From Acidobacteriota bacterium (GTDB lineage Bacteria > Acidobacteriota > Terriglobia > Terriglobales > Acidobacteriaceae), in assembly GCA_013288805.1 (NCBI GenBank), contig JABDBE010000001.1:26182-90181 (forward strand): DNA of 64,000 nucleotides. Reading direction: 5' to 3'. Under the pieces are notes generated by a model. It was not told where the DNA came from, did not search any database, and worked only from the letters and a program-made list of their open reading frames with translations. Shown here piece by piece: positions 8,404 to 18,314 of this stretch. A program made the position numbers and the translations under genes. Position 1 is the first letter of the stretch; each line of letters begins with the position of its first letter.

Positions 8404-10209
8404 TTAGTTGCTCGGTGCAGTGTTCGATGCCGACGTCGCGTTGCCCACATTGGCGTCGCTGTTCAGGCGGCTCAATCGTGGGAAGAACGGCGTAACTTCA
8501 AACGGCATTTTGTCGCGCGCCGAGGTGATCGCCACCGGCGCGGACTTGGTGAGTTCCACGCGGTCCGTCCAGGCATTCAGTTTCACGCGTCCACCCATGG
8601 GAAGAGCCGCAATCTGATCCAGCTTGCTTGGATCGAGAGCGGGCCCGGTGGTGGCCAGCGCCGAAAGCCTGACCAGTTGCCCTTTGTCGTTGGTGAAGCT
8701 GTTCCCCAGGTGAGCCGTCAATAAAGCCGAGAGCGTCGGAGCCCGTTCGGTCAGCTCTTTGAGGAACAAGGAAGGCACATCCAACTTCTGCGCGTAGGGT
8801 GAGTTCTTCAGCAACTCCATCGCTTTGGCGTCGGCGGCGGTTTCTTCCTCTGGATTGTGCCGGAAGCCGAAGTTGCTGTAGGTCGATTCATCGGAGAACA
8901 GCATACGGTCGTTGAAGGCGAACTTGCTGCCCAGATTGTGTCCCAGAACAATGTGCGCCAGTTCGTGCGAAAGCACCATCGCCAGGCTAGCCTCGTCAGG
9001 AAGCACGTCGATCAAACCGCGGCTGACCACAATCGTGTTGCCCACGCTGAAGGTTTCCAGCGGCGAGGTGATCATGACCCGCGTCCGCACCGGACGCGGC
9101 AAATCAATGTTATTCGTGACGATCAGGTTGTTGACTACGGTCAGCAGAACCTTGTCCACTTCCCCCTCGGGAGCCACCAGGCCAGATTCTTGCAGGCGCT
9201 CGACGACGTTGTCCTCAGCCTGTTGCTGCCATTCCCGCTGAGCCTCGAGCGGGGAAGCATCCGTGGTCGAAGGAGTTTCGTCTTTTACTGAGTCAACCCT
9301 TAGCGAAGTGAGTTCGTCTTCTTTCGTGCCTTTCTTCAGATCGTAGCCCCAGATGCGGCTCTGCGCCTTGAAAGCCATTTTGTCTTTAGCTCCGTAGCTG
9401 AAGTCGCCTTCTTCGCTGTAGATGTAGGCCGGAACCCAGTAGCCGGGGATCAGGTTCAACCGCCAGCTGTCCATGTGGAAATAGAAAGCGTTTCTCGGCC
9501 GCGGCGCATAGGTGCCGTTCAGCCGGACAATGTTGTAATCCTGATCTTCCACCCAGATGCGCCCCAGGAAGCGGCCTTTGCCCGCATCTTTCTTGGGCGT
9601 GACGTCGAAGACGAGGCAACGCACGTCGCCAAGAAATTCGCGGCGCACGTACTTGAAGCTGTAGTGACCGCGATCGAAGTCGTCGCGATCGGCAAAAATC
9701 ATCCACGAGAAGCCCATGGGCTTGTATTCAAACTTGAACAGCTTGCTCACTCCGCCCAAAAGGTTCTTCTGGAAGCTTTCATCCCGGGAAAGATAGTCGC
9801 GGCGATCGATGCTTTCTCCGAGGTCCAGCCGGCCGAGAAAGTAATGGTCCTCACTCGGCACAGCCCCAAGTTTCTGATCGGCCTTCAGGTTCTGAAGATA
9901 GGTTTCGACCAGCGGGGTCCGCGTCTTCAGCAATTCCATCAAGCCATGTTCACGCAGGATGGTTCGATCCACCACCTGATCCATGGTTGTCGGCGGAGCC
10001 ATGGCAGCCGACGCCGCGGCTGTCGATTGTCCCGAAGCCGGGTTGGTGGTAGCCGCGGAAACCGGTTGAGCCGGTGTAGTCGCGGGTTGCGACGCAGCGG
10101 CATTCGCTTGCGCCGGGCTTGACGACGACGGTTGATTCGCGCTCTGCTGTGCCATCGCACTCAGCGTGATCAGCAGAAAAGCGGTAAGCATCCATTTCGA
10201 AGTACGCAT
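8404..10209 (-). CDS. secreted M48-like zinc metallopeptidase with Ala/Ser/Thr/Pro-rich N-terminal linker
   Basis: HELAHIVLGH zinc motif. Signal peptide MRTSKWMLTAFLLITLSAMA starts at Met11 of the track ORF. Confidence 0.8.
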   Translation of the reverse strand: MRTSKWMLTAFLLITLSAMAQQSANQPSSSSPAQANAAASQPATTPAQPVSAATTNPASGQSTAAASAAMAPPTTMDQVVDRTILREHGLMELLKTRTPLVETYLQNLKADQKLGAVPSEDHYFLGRLDLGESIDRRDYLSRDESFQKNLLGGVSKLFKFEYKPMGFSWMIFADRDDFDRGHYSFKYVRREFLGDVRCLVFDVTPKKDAGKGRFLGRIWVEDQDYNIVRLNGTYAPRPRNAFYFHMDSWRLNLIPGYWVPAYIYSEEGDFSYGAKDKMAFKAQSRIWGYDLKKGTKEDELTSLRVDSVKDETPSTTDASPLEAQREWQQQAEDNVVERLQESGLVAPEGEVDKVLLTVVNNLIVTNNIDLPRPVRTRVMITSPLETFSVGNTIVVSRGLIDVLPDEASLAMVLSHELAHIVLGHNLGSKFAFNDRMLFSDESTYSNFGFRHNPEEETAADAKAMELLKNSPYAQKLDVPSLFLKELTERAPTLSALLTAHLGNSFTNDKGQLVRLSALATTGPALDPSKLDQIAALPMGGRVKLNAWTDRVELTKSAPVAITSARDKMPFEVTPFFPRLSRLNSDANVGNATSASNTAPSN

Positions 10210-10235
10210 GACTCTGTTCCTCTCTGTCTCTAAAC

Positions 10236-11267
10236 TCAATACGCTAACTGGAAAACCACATGTACGATTGCCGTGGAATCCACGGGTGTTCCCATACGCT
10301 GCGCCGGCTTGAAGCGCATCTGGCTGGCAGCGGTCACCGCCGCTTCATCCAACCCATGACCTAATCCCCGTACGACGCGATTCACATGCAGCTGTCCGTT
10401 CGCACCAAACAGCACCTCGAGCAGAACTTCTCCCTCCAGCTTGAGCTGGCGGGCTTCCTGCGTATAAACCGGGCTGGGTTTCGAAATAATTTCTACTTGC
10501 GTGGTCGCCGGGCCGCTGTCCGCTTGGGCGATCTTCGGTCCGTTGTGAGAAACTTGCTGCGCTCCGAATCCCGCGGTCTGCACCGATCCTCCTCGGTTCC
10601 GGTTGTCGCCCTGCGCGATTCCATTTCCGAAGCCGGCGCTGGCGACCGTGCCCTTAATGCCGTTTGCGCCACCGGCTCCGTTCCCTTGACCTTGACCCTC
10701 GGGCAGATCAAACGACCCGAGCTTTGCGGCCGCCAGATGGGCGTTGTCCTTGCCCTGTCCTTTCAGGCCATCAGGATCGCCGAATCCTCCCGTCTGCACC
10801 TTCTGAATCGGGGCGCTGACGGTGGGAGCGGCTGAGCTGCCGAATGCGCCCGTATACACGATCCTGGCTGGCATCGCGCTCGGCGGCGGCGCTAATTCCG
10901 GCGCCTTGAACTTTGCTTCCAGTTGAGGAGCTTTCTCTTCCTCCTCTTTCTTTTTCTTTACGCGGATATCTCTCGGCACAAATAGCTTCGCCGTCGGGAA
11001 GGACACCGGAGGCGCTACCTTCGGGAGCTCCACTGGACGCCGCGCTTTCACCCTTGGCTTAACCGGTTCGGGCCTCAAATCCGGCCTCGGAACCAGCTCC
11101 GTAACTGTGAATTTCTGCCTCAGCCGCAGCGTGTCTGGGAAAAAGAACCCGGCGCCCAGCAGCAACAAGATAAAAAAGACTTCAATGCCGTAGCTCGTGG
11201 CCAAGGTGCGCCACTCGATGTGCCGCTCCGGCAGAAGACCGAAATTAAGCTTGTCAGGCGTAGCCAT
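10236..11267 (-). CDS. TonB-family energy transducer
   Basis: N-terminal TM helix, Pro/Lys/Glu-rich spacer, and a TonB C-terminal domain (EGEVLLEVLFGANGQLHVNRVVRGLGHGLDEAA). Start taken at Met58 of the track ORF. Confidence 0.8.
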   Translation of the reverse strand: MATPDKLNFGLLPERHIEWRTLATSYGIEVFFILLLLGAGFFFPDTLRLRQKFTVTELVPRPDLRPEPVKPRVKARRPVELPKVAPPVSFPTAKLFVPRDIRVKKKKEEEEKAPQLEAKFKAPELAPPPSAMPARIVYTGAFGSSAAPTVSAPIQKVQTGGFGDPDGLKGQGKDNAHLAAAKLGSFDLPEGQGQGNGAGGANGIKGTVASAGFGNGIAQGDNRNRGGSVQTAGFGAQQVSHNGPKIAQADSGPATTQVEIISKPSPVYTQEARQLKLEGEVLLEVLFGANGQLHVNRVVRGLGHGLDEAAVTAASQMRFKPAQRMGTPVDSTAIVHVVFQLAY

Positions 11268-11664
11268 CCACACACTCCAAGTAAGGGAACCCGAGCCATG
11301 GGGAGAGTGCGCGGGTAGAGCTTCTAACTTACGGGAGACCGGGCGAGGGGTAAACGTGCCTCCGGCACCTGTACTTAGGTAACGAGCAGGGGCAGAAGCG
11401 GAACCAGCCCCAAAAAGGGCTGAATGCGCGGAGCGCAATCAGCCCGTTAACACCGTTTGAGCATCGCGATTTTGACTGAGGCTTACGGCAAGAAAACGAT
11501 GGCGTGGTAGCAACGGCAGATCGAGGCGTGCAGAACACACTCCCAAGCCGGCGGTTGACATGAGCCGAGGCGCAGACTCGGAAAAGCAGCAACCAATTGA
11601 ACCAGGAAGACTCAGCCGCTCAACCCGGGCAGCTGAGCCTCCTGTCTCGACAGAGGGTACCCGA

Positions 11665-11946
11665 TTAGTGTTTGTTGGCGGATTCGGCAGCCTGCTTCAG
11701 CTCATGACTGGCCTGCTCGAGCAATTCCTTGGCTTTTGCGGCATGCCCTGACATGTCCCACTCATTGGCCGACTGGGCGGCCTGGATTTTTTCGAAGGCC
11801 TGATCGCAAAGCCGCTGCGCCGCAGCCAGGTTGGGGTGTTTTTTCCCGCTGATATTTTGCTGCGGCATTCCCATTTGTCCATAGACCAGGCTTCCGAACA
11901 GCAGACCAAGACTCAGAATACTTCCTAAAACCGCGTTCTTCGGCAT
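11665..11946 (-). CDS. small secreted helical protein (93 aa)
   Basis: Signal peptide MPKNAVLGSILSLGLLFGSLVYG. GGAGG before the ATG (Met95 of the track ORF). Confidence 0.6.
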   Translation of the reverse strand: MPKNAVLGSILSLGLLFGSLVYGQMGMPQQNISGKKHPNLAAAQRLCDQAFEKIQAAQSANEWDMSGHAAKAKELLEQASHELKQAAESANKH

Positions 11947-12155
11947 TTCTACCCTCCTCAGGGATGGATTTCTCGGTAGTTGAACCCAAGAAAAACAGAA
12001 AGTTGTGGTGCCGCGATATTCTACGACATTCTTGAAGTTCGCGGCAAAACTACAAGGGCAGAGGCACGCGCCTTCCTGGTATTCGGTCCGCGCGGAACCT
12101 TCGGAGTCACGATCGTATAACCGGACAAGTCCCAGCGAGGCGGCAATGATGCCAG

Positions 12156-13541
12156 CTACCGATGCTCGTGCGACCGTCGCCGGGCAAAAATATAAAACAC
12201 CGGCACACCGGCCAGAATCACGAGGCAACCCAGCGCCGAATTCCGCAGGTTGTCGGTAAAGGTGTAGTAGAGAAGCAGCGCGGAAGACAGCACAAACAGG
12301 GCAGGGACCACGGGGTATCCCCAGACCCGGTAGGGCCGCGCGGCCTGCGGATCACGTTGCCGAAAGATGAAGACCGTACTTCCCGCGATCATGTAAAACA
12401 GCCATTCGGCGAAAATCGCCAGTGAAAACAATTGCCGGAAGTTTCCTCCGAGAAGCAGCAAGAGAATGGCGAGCGCCGCCTGCACCGCGAGCGCGACCGA
12501 AGGTGTATGAAAGCGCGGATGAACTTCGGCCAGCGCCGAGAAGAAATACCGGTCACGCGCCACGGCAAATGGGACGCGGGCCCCGCTCATGACGGTGCCG
12601 TTCAATGTAACCAGCATTGAAATCGCCATAGCGGCCGAAACTACGCTCGCGCCAAGGGTGCCCCACACCAGGCCGATGGCGTCAGACGCAGGCCGAGGCG
12701 AAGCCGCAATTGCGCTGGCGGGTAAAACGAATTGCACGGCTGCATTGACCAGCATATAGAGCGCGCCAACCGTGGCCACGCCCGCGATCAGAGCGATAGG
12801 AATGTTTCGCTCGGGTTGGCGGATTTCTCCGGCGACCATGTTGAGGTCGTTCCATCCGTCATAAGCCCACAAAGCCGCGACCAGCGCGGCCATGAATCCG
12901 GCAAGCCCGCCCTTGGCAGCGGCGTAACTGCCGGCAAAATGGCTCCAGCTTCCACCTCGATAGCTGAAGCCGATGACAACGATGCCCAGAATGATCGCGA
13001 CTTTCAACAGCGTGAACACCAGTTGAAACTCGCCCGCCTTTTTGACTCCGAGGTAATTGAGTAAAGAGATCAGCAGGGTAGCGGCGATGGCAACCAGTTG
13101 TCCGTAGGAAACGGCGATCGGCCAATTGACGACGTGGTTAGAAAAGAACGCAAACACCGGAAAGGTTCCAAGGATGCGAACCAATCCGATGGTAACGGTC
13201 GCGATCGAAGCCGGCTTGGCGATGACGAACCAGGTCCAGGCGTAGAGAAATCCGGCCAACGGTCCATAGCCATCTCGGACATAAACATACTCACCGCCGG
13301 CCTGCGGCTTCATCGAACCGAGTTCCGCGTAGGTGAGCGCGCCGAAAAACGAGAGCAGCCCGCCCACCAGCCACGCCAGATAAACCAACTTGGCCGAGCC
13401 GACCGCCTGCATCATCTCGGCCGGAACCAGGAAGATGCCGCTGCCAATGATGGTGCCGACGACAATCGCTCCCGCATGACTCACTCCGAGATCGCGCGCC
13501 AGTTCGGGGCGGGACGTCGCAGCTTGGATTTGGGCCGGCAT
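12156..13541 (-). CDS. APC-family amino acid permease
   Basis: 461 aa, about 12 TM helices, GSGIF motif near the N-terminus. Confidence 0.9.
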   Translation of the reverse strand: MPAQIQAATSRPELARDLGVSHAGAIVVGTIIGSGIFLVPAEMMQAVGSAKLVYLAWLVGGLLSFFGALTYAELGSMKPQAGGEYVYVRDGYGPLAGFLYAWTWFVIAKPASIATVTIGLVRILGTFPVFAFFSNHVVNWPIAVSYGQLVAIAATLLISLLNYLGVKKAGEFQLVFTLLKVAIILGIVVIGFSYRGGSWSHFAGSYAAAKGGLAGFMAALVAALWAYDGWNDLNMVAGEIRQPERNIPIALIAGVATVGALYMLVNAAVQFVLPASAIAASPRPASDAIGLVWGTLGASVVSAAMAISMLVTLNGTVMSGARVPFAVARDRYFFSALAEVHPRFHTPSVALAVQAALAILLLLLGGNFRQLFSLAIFAEWLFYMIAGSTVFIFRQRDPQAARPYRVWGYPVVPALFVLSSALLLYYTFTDNLRNSALGCLVILAGVPVFYIFARRRSHEHR

Positions 13542-13641
13542 CGAGTGGAAGTATAAGCGAAAACCTTAAACTGCAGAGGAAGCGCGGCCTTGCAGCAGAC
13601 CGCTGAGACAAAACGGCATCTCGGCGGCGGTTCTCGGCGCT

Positions 13642-15081
13642 TTAAGGTTTTGCTTGTTCGGGCGGGAGCACGACACTGGCTGCGTATCCGACAACAAACG
13701 TCACGACGGTTCCGATTGCGACATACCAGGTCCAGGGCACGCGAGTTCCCAGCCAAATGTGGAGTTCGGAAGCGAAACCGCACAACATACCAATCATCGC
13801 CCCGCGTTGATTGGCGCGCCGGGTCAGCACTCCGAGGAGGAACACGCCTAGCAAAGCTCCGTAGGCGACCGACGCGATCTGCAATCCGACTTCGATGACG
13901 CGTCCCACTTTGTGGAGCGACAGCACAGCCAACGAGAAGAGCACCAGAGCCCAAACGAACGTTGCCGCGCGGGAAAGCTGCACCCGGCGGCGTTCGTCGG
14001 TCTGCGGCTTGCGCTGAAGGTAGAAGTCGATGATCGAAGTTGATGACAACGAGTTGAGCGCGGCGCTTAAATTCGACATCGCCGCGGCCAGAATCGCGGC
14101 AATCAGCAGGCCAGAAATTCCATGTGGCATCTGGCTGACAATAAATTTGGGATAGATCCGGTCCGCCGTGCCAAAGCTCGCGGAAGGCACATGATAATAG
14201 GCAAACAGCATCACACCGACCATCAGGAACAGAGCGAACTGAAAAAGAATAGCGACTCCGCTCGAGAGCAGGGCGGTCACGGACTGGCGCTGGCTGCGCG
14301 CCGCCAAGAGTCGCTGCACGATAAGTTGGTCGGTGCCGTGGCTGGCCGTGGTGAGGAACGTTCCGCCGACGAGGCCGGCCCAGAATGTGTACGGCTTCCA
14401 AAAGTTTGGAGTGAAGTCGAAGACCTGTAGCTTGCCCGCGCTCTGGGCGACACTGTGAATGGTGGCCCACCTTCCGGGAACCAGGTGAAGGATGGTAAAC
14501 AGCCCCACCAGCGTTCCGCCGACGTAAATAAAGGTCTGCACGACATCGGTCCAGATCACCGCCGCCAGGCCGCCTTCGAAGGTATAGATCAGAGTCAATA
14601 TGGTGATAATGGCGATCGAGGCAATCTCGCCGGTGCCTAGCGCGATGGCCACGACGATCGAAACCGCATAGACGCGGACGCCTTCGGCCGCTGCGCGGGT
14701 CACGAGAAACAGGCCTGCAGTCAGGGATCGCAGGCCGCGACCAAATCGGCGCTCGATCAGTGCATAGGCGGTATAGAGATCGCCGCGGAAGTAATGCGGC
14801 AACAGAATGAAGCTTATGATCACGCGTCCAACGAGATATCCGAGAACGACCTGCAAGAACGTGAGATTCGTGTCGTAGGCGAGGCCAGGAATGCTAATGA
14901 TGGTGAGGGTGCTGGTTTCAGCGGCGACAATCGAAAGGGCAATTGCCCACCAAGGAATGTTGCGGTCGGCCAGGAAGTAATCACGCAGCGTGCGCTGGTG
15001 CTTGCGGAAGCGTAGCCCGAACAGAGTGATCCCCACAAGGTAGAGCACGATAATCGCGAGATCGAGTTTGTCCAGGCCCAT
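13642..15081 (-). CDS. sodium:solute symporter (SSS family)
   Basis: 479 aa polytopic membrane protein with SSS-type N-terminus (LDLAIIVLYLVGITLFG...YFLADRNIPWWA). Confidence 0.9.
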   Translation of the reverse strand: MGLDKLDLAIIVLYLVGITLFGLRFRKHQRTLRDYFLADRNIPWWAIALSIVAAETSTLTIISIPGLAYDTNLTFLQVVLGYLVGRVIISFILLPHYFRGDLYTAYALIERRFGRGLRSLTAGLFLVTRAAAEGVRVYAVSIVVAIALGTGEIASIAIITILTLIYTFEGGLAAVIWTDVVQTFIYVGGTLVGLFTILHLVPGRWATIHSVAQSAGKLQVFDFTPNFWKPYTFWAGLVGGTFLTTASHGTDQLIVQRLLAARSQRQSVTALLSSGVAILFQFALFLMVGVMLFAYYHVPSASFGTADRIYPKFIVSQMPHGISGLLIAAILAAAMSNLSAALNSLSSTSIIDFYLQRKPQTDERRRVQLSRAATFVWALVLFSLAVLSLHKVGRVIEVGLQIASVAYGALLGVFLLGVLTRRANQRGAMIGMLCGFASELHIWLGTRVPWTWYVAIGTVVTFVVGYAASVVLPPEQAKP

Positions 15082-15185
15082 CTAATTCCGATTCGATTCC
15101 TTAAGAGTATCCAGCTTTGAATTGGCGCAGTGGTTTATCTGCGCAAGGTACCCAGCTCGTAAATTTCGGCGCATGCTTTTCATTA

Positions 15186-15273
15186 CGGAGACACAGAGGC
15201 ACAGAACAGGACTGGCCCTTATTTCTGCTTTGGCATTGCGAGGGATTTCCTCCGTGTCTCTGTGTCTCCGTGG
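15186..15273. repeat. REP-like inverted repeat of the GGAGACACAGAG family
   Basis: CGGAGACACAGAGGCACAGAA (15186-15206) faces CTCCGTGTCTCTGTGTCTCCGTGG (15250-15273), in the divergent intergenic region between the symporter and the kinase gene. Confidence 0.7.
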
Positions 15274-15302
15274 TGATACACCTTTTGTGATAGAACTACG
15301 CC

Positions 15303-16250
15303 GTGGCTATCTTTCTTGGCATTGATGGCGGCGGCACGAAGACTTCGTGTGCGATTGGCGATGAGACTTCGCTGCTGGGTGCCGGGACTTCCGGCGGCAG
15401 CAACGTAATTCGCGTGGGAGAGCGTCAAGCGCGCGAATCTTTGGGCGCAGCCATACGACAAGCCTGTGCCGCGGCTAATGTTAATCCGGCGCAGATTCAG
15501 AGAACCTGTGCGGGAGTTGCGGGTGGGGCGCGTCCTGAAATCGACGAATTGGTGCGACGTATGCTCTCCGAGTTTGTCTCAGGCCAAATTGAAGTCGTCG
15601 GTGACATGGTGATCGCGATGGAGGCCGCATTCGGCAGCGGGCCGGGCGTGATCGTCATTGCGGGCACTGGGTCGATCGCTTATGGCCGAAATTCCAAAGG
15701 CGAGACGGCACGGGCGGGTGGCTGGGGCTTCGCCATCTCGGACGAAGGCTCCGGGCACTGGATCGGACGCTCCGCAGTCGCGGCGGCTATGCGTGCTTAT
15801 GACGAAGACGGAATTGAAGCCGGTGGTGACGCATTGCTTGAAAACATCATGAAGTCATGGAGTGTGGACTCGCGTGAGCAGTTGGTCCTGCTTGCCAACA
15901 AGTCTGCAGACTTCGCAGCCCTGGTCCCAGCGGTCGTGTCTGCAACCGAGGCAGGCGATGCAACGGCTCGCAATGTTTTGACCCAGGCGGGAACAGAGCT
16001 GGCGACGTTGGCCGGAATCGTGATTGGTCGACTGTTTGGCAATGCCGTCGCTGTTCCGGTAGCGGTTTCGGGCGGGGTCTTTTGCAACACCTCGCTGGTG
16101 CGGCAGGTTTTCTACGATCGATTACGCGTCGCATATCCCCAAGCTTTGCTTAGCGCGAGCTTGGTTGATCCGGAACGAGGGGCGTTGCAGTTGGCTCGCA
16201 AAGGGGTTGATCGTAGCATCTTTGATGGCAGTCGTCTGAGTGCTTTGTGA
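15303..16250 (+). CDS. BadF/BadG/BcrA/BcrD-type ATPase (N-acetylglucosamine kinase-like)
   Basis: LGIDGGGTKT phosphate-1 motif, IAGTGS, DEGSG. GTG start. Confidence 0.85.
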   Translation: MAIFLGIDGGGTKTSCAIGDETSLLGAGTSGGSNVIRVGERQARESLGAAIRQACAAANVNPAQIQRTCAGVAGGARPEIDELVRRMLSEFVSGQIEVVGDMVIAMEAAFGSGPGVIVIAGTGSIAYGRNSKGETARAGGWGFAISDEGSGHWIGRSAVAAAMRAYDEDGIEAGGDALLENIMKSWSVDSREQLVLLANKSADFAALVPAVVSATEAGDATARNVLTQAGTELATLAGIVIGRLFGNAVAVPVAVSGGVFCNTSLVRQVFYDRLRVAYPQALLSASLVDPERGALQLARKGVDRSIFDGSRLSAL

Positions 16251-16285
16251 TATCAGGTGTGTGCGACGGCTGCCGGAGACTAACG

Positions 16286-18118
16286 CTATTTTGCCGCTGT
16301 CATGCTTTCTTTCTTATCCCCGTCGCGGTGATGCAGCAGTTCCACCAGAGCTTGATTCAGGCGAGCGCGGATTACGGAGCGCTCTTGCGCGCGCGAAATG
16401 TAACGAACATGAATCTCCACGCCGGCCGAGGTTGGGCTCAAGTTGACGGTCGGTGCCGCTGATACTGAACTCACTTTGTATTGGCTGGCGTTGTTCTTCC
16501 ACTCTTTTTCAGCGGCGTTAGCGTTAGCTTCTGTCTCTTTTACGACAGTCTTCTGAATGGCATCGATCAGCGGGTACGGATCCTGGTCCGCAGGCACGGA
16601 AAGTTTCAGTTCGTCCCAGAGCCATTGGCCGGTGGTGGTGAAGTTGAAGAAGTGGCCCTCGATGGCGTAATTGTTTACGAAGGCTACTTTGCGACCGGTG
16701 GGATGGCCGGTCTCATTCCAATTGCCGGTTTCGAGCAGCACAGTGCGCAGCAGATTGATCTCAACGACCTCGCCGGCGACGCCGTTGATTTCGACCCAGT
16801 CGCCAACGCGCAGTCCGTTCTTTCCCATCAGCACGAACCAACCGAAGAATGCGACAATGAAATCCTTCATGGCCACAGTAATTCCAGCGCCGGCCAATCC
16901 TAGGATGGTCGGCGTCTGGCTCGGAGCACCAAATACAACGAGCAGCACCAAGAGCAGGCCGACGGCCTGCACCGACGAGCGAATGACCACGCGGAGAGTG
17001 TGCAGGCGCGTGCCCTCGGCAACTTTCTCCGTGAGCATGTGCTCGATCCAACGGTCGGCGAGATATCCAAGCAGGACGATAAGGAGAATCCACAGCGCCG
17101 ACTGCATTATGCTGTGCAAGGCCGCCCGCTGTTGCGACTTGACCAGTGCGATCCAGCTACCGTAGTTCGTTCCTAACTCCTGCTCGTCCTGAATACGCTT
17201 GTCGAAGTCGGAGAGATTTTTCTGATCGTCGGAAAAGCGGCGCAAGGATGTGATGTCGGTGATCGCAACGGCCGCCGGGTTCGATGCGGATGCGCTCGAA
17301 TTGGACCCACCCGTGGCGGGCGGAGAAATCGCGTGTTTGTTCGCCTTCTCCGCATTCACTTGTTTTTCTAAAGCGTCATGAGCGTGGCTGAGTGCGGCCT
17401 CGGCTTGGACGCTTTCGTCGTCGGCCTGCTGCAGCGGCATGGCACTTCCGCGCAAGGCACGCCATCGCTCGAACTGGGCGAGCAGGTTCGAACTCGTAGA
17501 AGCGGTTTCAGGAACGACGGTGGGCGTGGACGCGATTGCGTGCTCGGTGTCTTTATGCCTTTTCAGCTGGCGTTGAATGCGGCTGACTGGATCGGCGCCC
17601 GACCTGGACAAGTCTTCTTTGGCGTCGTCCAATTCATCCTGATCGAGATCGAGTTGGGCCTGTGCCAAATCAACCTGCTGCTGCATGGCGTCCTGCCGCG
17701 CGCTGCTGGCCGCGGCAAGCTGCTTCTTCAGTTGATTGAGGCGATCCTGATCGGCTTTAACGTCGACTTCGCCCTCGGTTACATGGGCGTAAAGTTCGCG
17801 AGTTTCGGGCGTAGGCTTCGCGGGGTGATCGGCAGCGTCACGGAGCGCGTCTTCGAAAGCGAGGTCAACTTCGTTATCCGACAGGCGCAGGGCCTGATCC
17901 GCAAACCGCTTTTCGTCCCAATCCGCAGCCAGCTTGGAAACGTTGCGGGCGGTTTGCAGCGGTCTTTCATCCACCAGCGGAGTCTTCCGCGGATGCGGAT
18001 TCTGCGCCTCGGGTGAGCCCAGATCTCCGGTCAGTACGAACCCAATCACGGCAGCTAGCACAAGGACCAGCAGAGCCAGCGTGATCAGCCCGTGGCGGGA
18101 TTTCATCCAAGGTTGCAT
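16286..18118 (-). CDS. mechanosensitive ion channel (MscS family) with long N-terminal coiled-coil region
   Basis: The C-terminal half carries the MscS TM3/beta domain (GWFVLMGKNGLRVGDWVEINGVAGEVVEINLLRTVL). Confidence 0.85.
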   Translation of the reverse strand: MQPWMKSRHGLITLALLVLVLAAVIGFVLTGDLGSPEAQNPHPRKTPLVDERPLQTARNVSKLAADWDEKRFADQALRLSDNEVDLAFEDALRDAADHPAKPTPETRELYAHVTEGEVDVKADQDRLNQLKKQLAAASSARQDAMQQQVDLAQAQLDLDQDELDDAKEDLSRSGADPVSRIQRQLKRHKDTEHAIASTPTVVPETASTSSNLLAQFERWRALRGSAMPLQQADDESVQAEAALSHAHDALEKQVNAEKANKHAISPPATGGSNSSASASNPAAVAITDITSLRRFSDDQKNLSDFDKRIQDEQELGTNYGSWIALVKSQQRAALHSIMQSALWILLIVLLGYLADRWIEHMLTEKVAEGTRLHTLRVVIRSSVQAVGLLLVLLVVFGAPSQTPTILGLAGAGITVAMKDFIVAFFGWFVLMGKNGLRVGDWVEINGVAGEVVEINLLRTVLLETGNWNETGHPTGRKVAFVNNYAIEGHFFNFTTTGQWLWDELKLSVPADQDPYPLIDAIQKTVVKETEANANAAEKEWKNNASQYKVSSVSAAPTVNLSPTSAGVEIHVRYISRAQERSVIRARLNQALVELLHHRDGDKKESMTAAK

Positions 18119-18210
18119 CTGCGCGAGAACGTATTATACGGCGCGCCGTGCGAGTGCCAGTGTCCGAAAGGGCAATCGGAAGGCCGAGAACCTTTGCTCG
18201 CAAAGCCGTT

Positions 18211-18235
18211 GTCATCCCGAGCAACGCGAGGGATC
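18211..18235. repeat. short element GTCATCCCGAGCAACGCGAGGGATC (the CHPEQREGS-type word common in acidobacterial intergenic DNA)
   Basis: Seen once here. Recognition as a dispersed repeat is from memory, not from this window. Confidence 0.35.
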
Positions 18236-18314
18236 TAGGTTTCTTTTGCGGCGCCCCGCGACCCAGGTTCGTCGAATGACAAAGGGGGACTTACAGGAAT
18301 CACAAACAACGGGC

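Noticed and set aside
13481-14470. A 329-aa Arg/Pro-rich ORF on the minus strand.
   Set aside because: It is an off-frame shadow of the SSS symporter gene. Its composition is typical of a wrong frame in GC-rich DNA.
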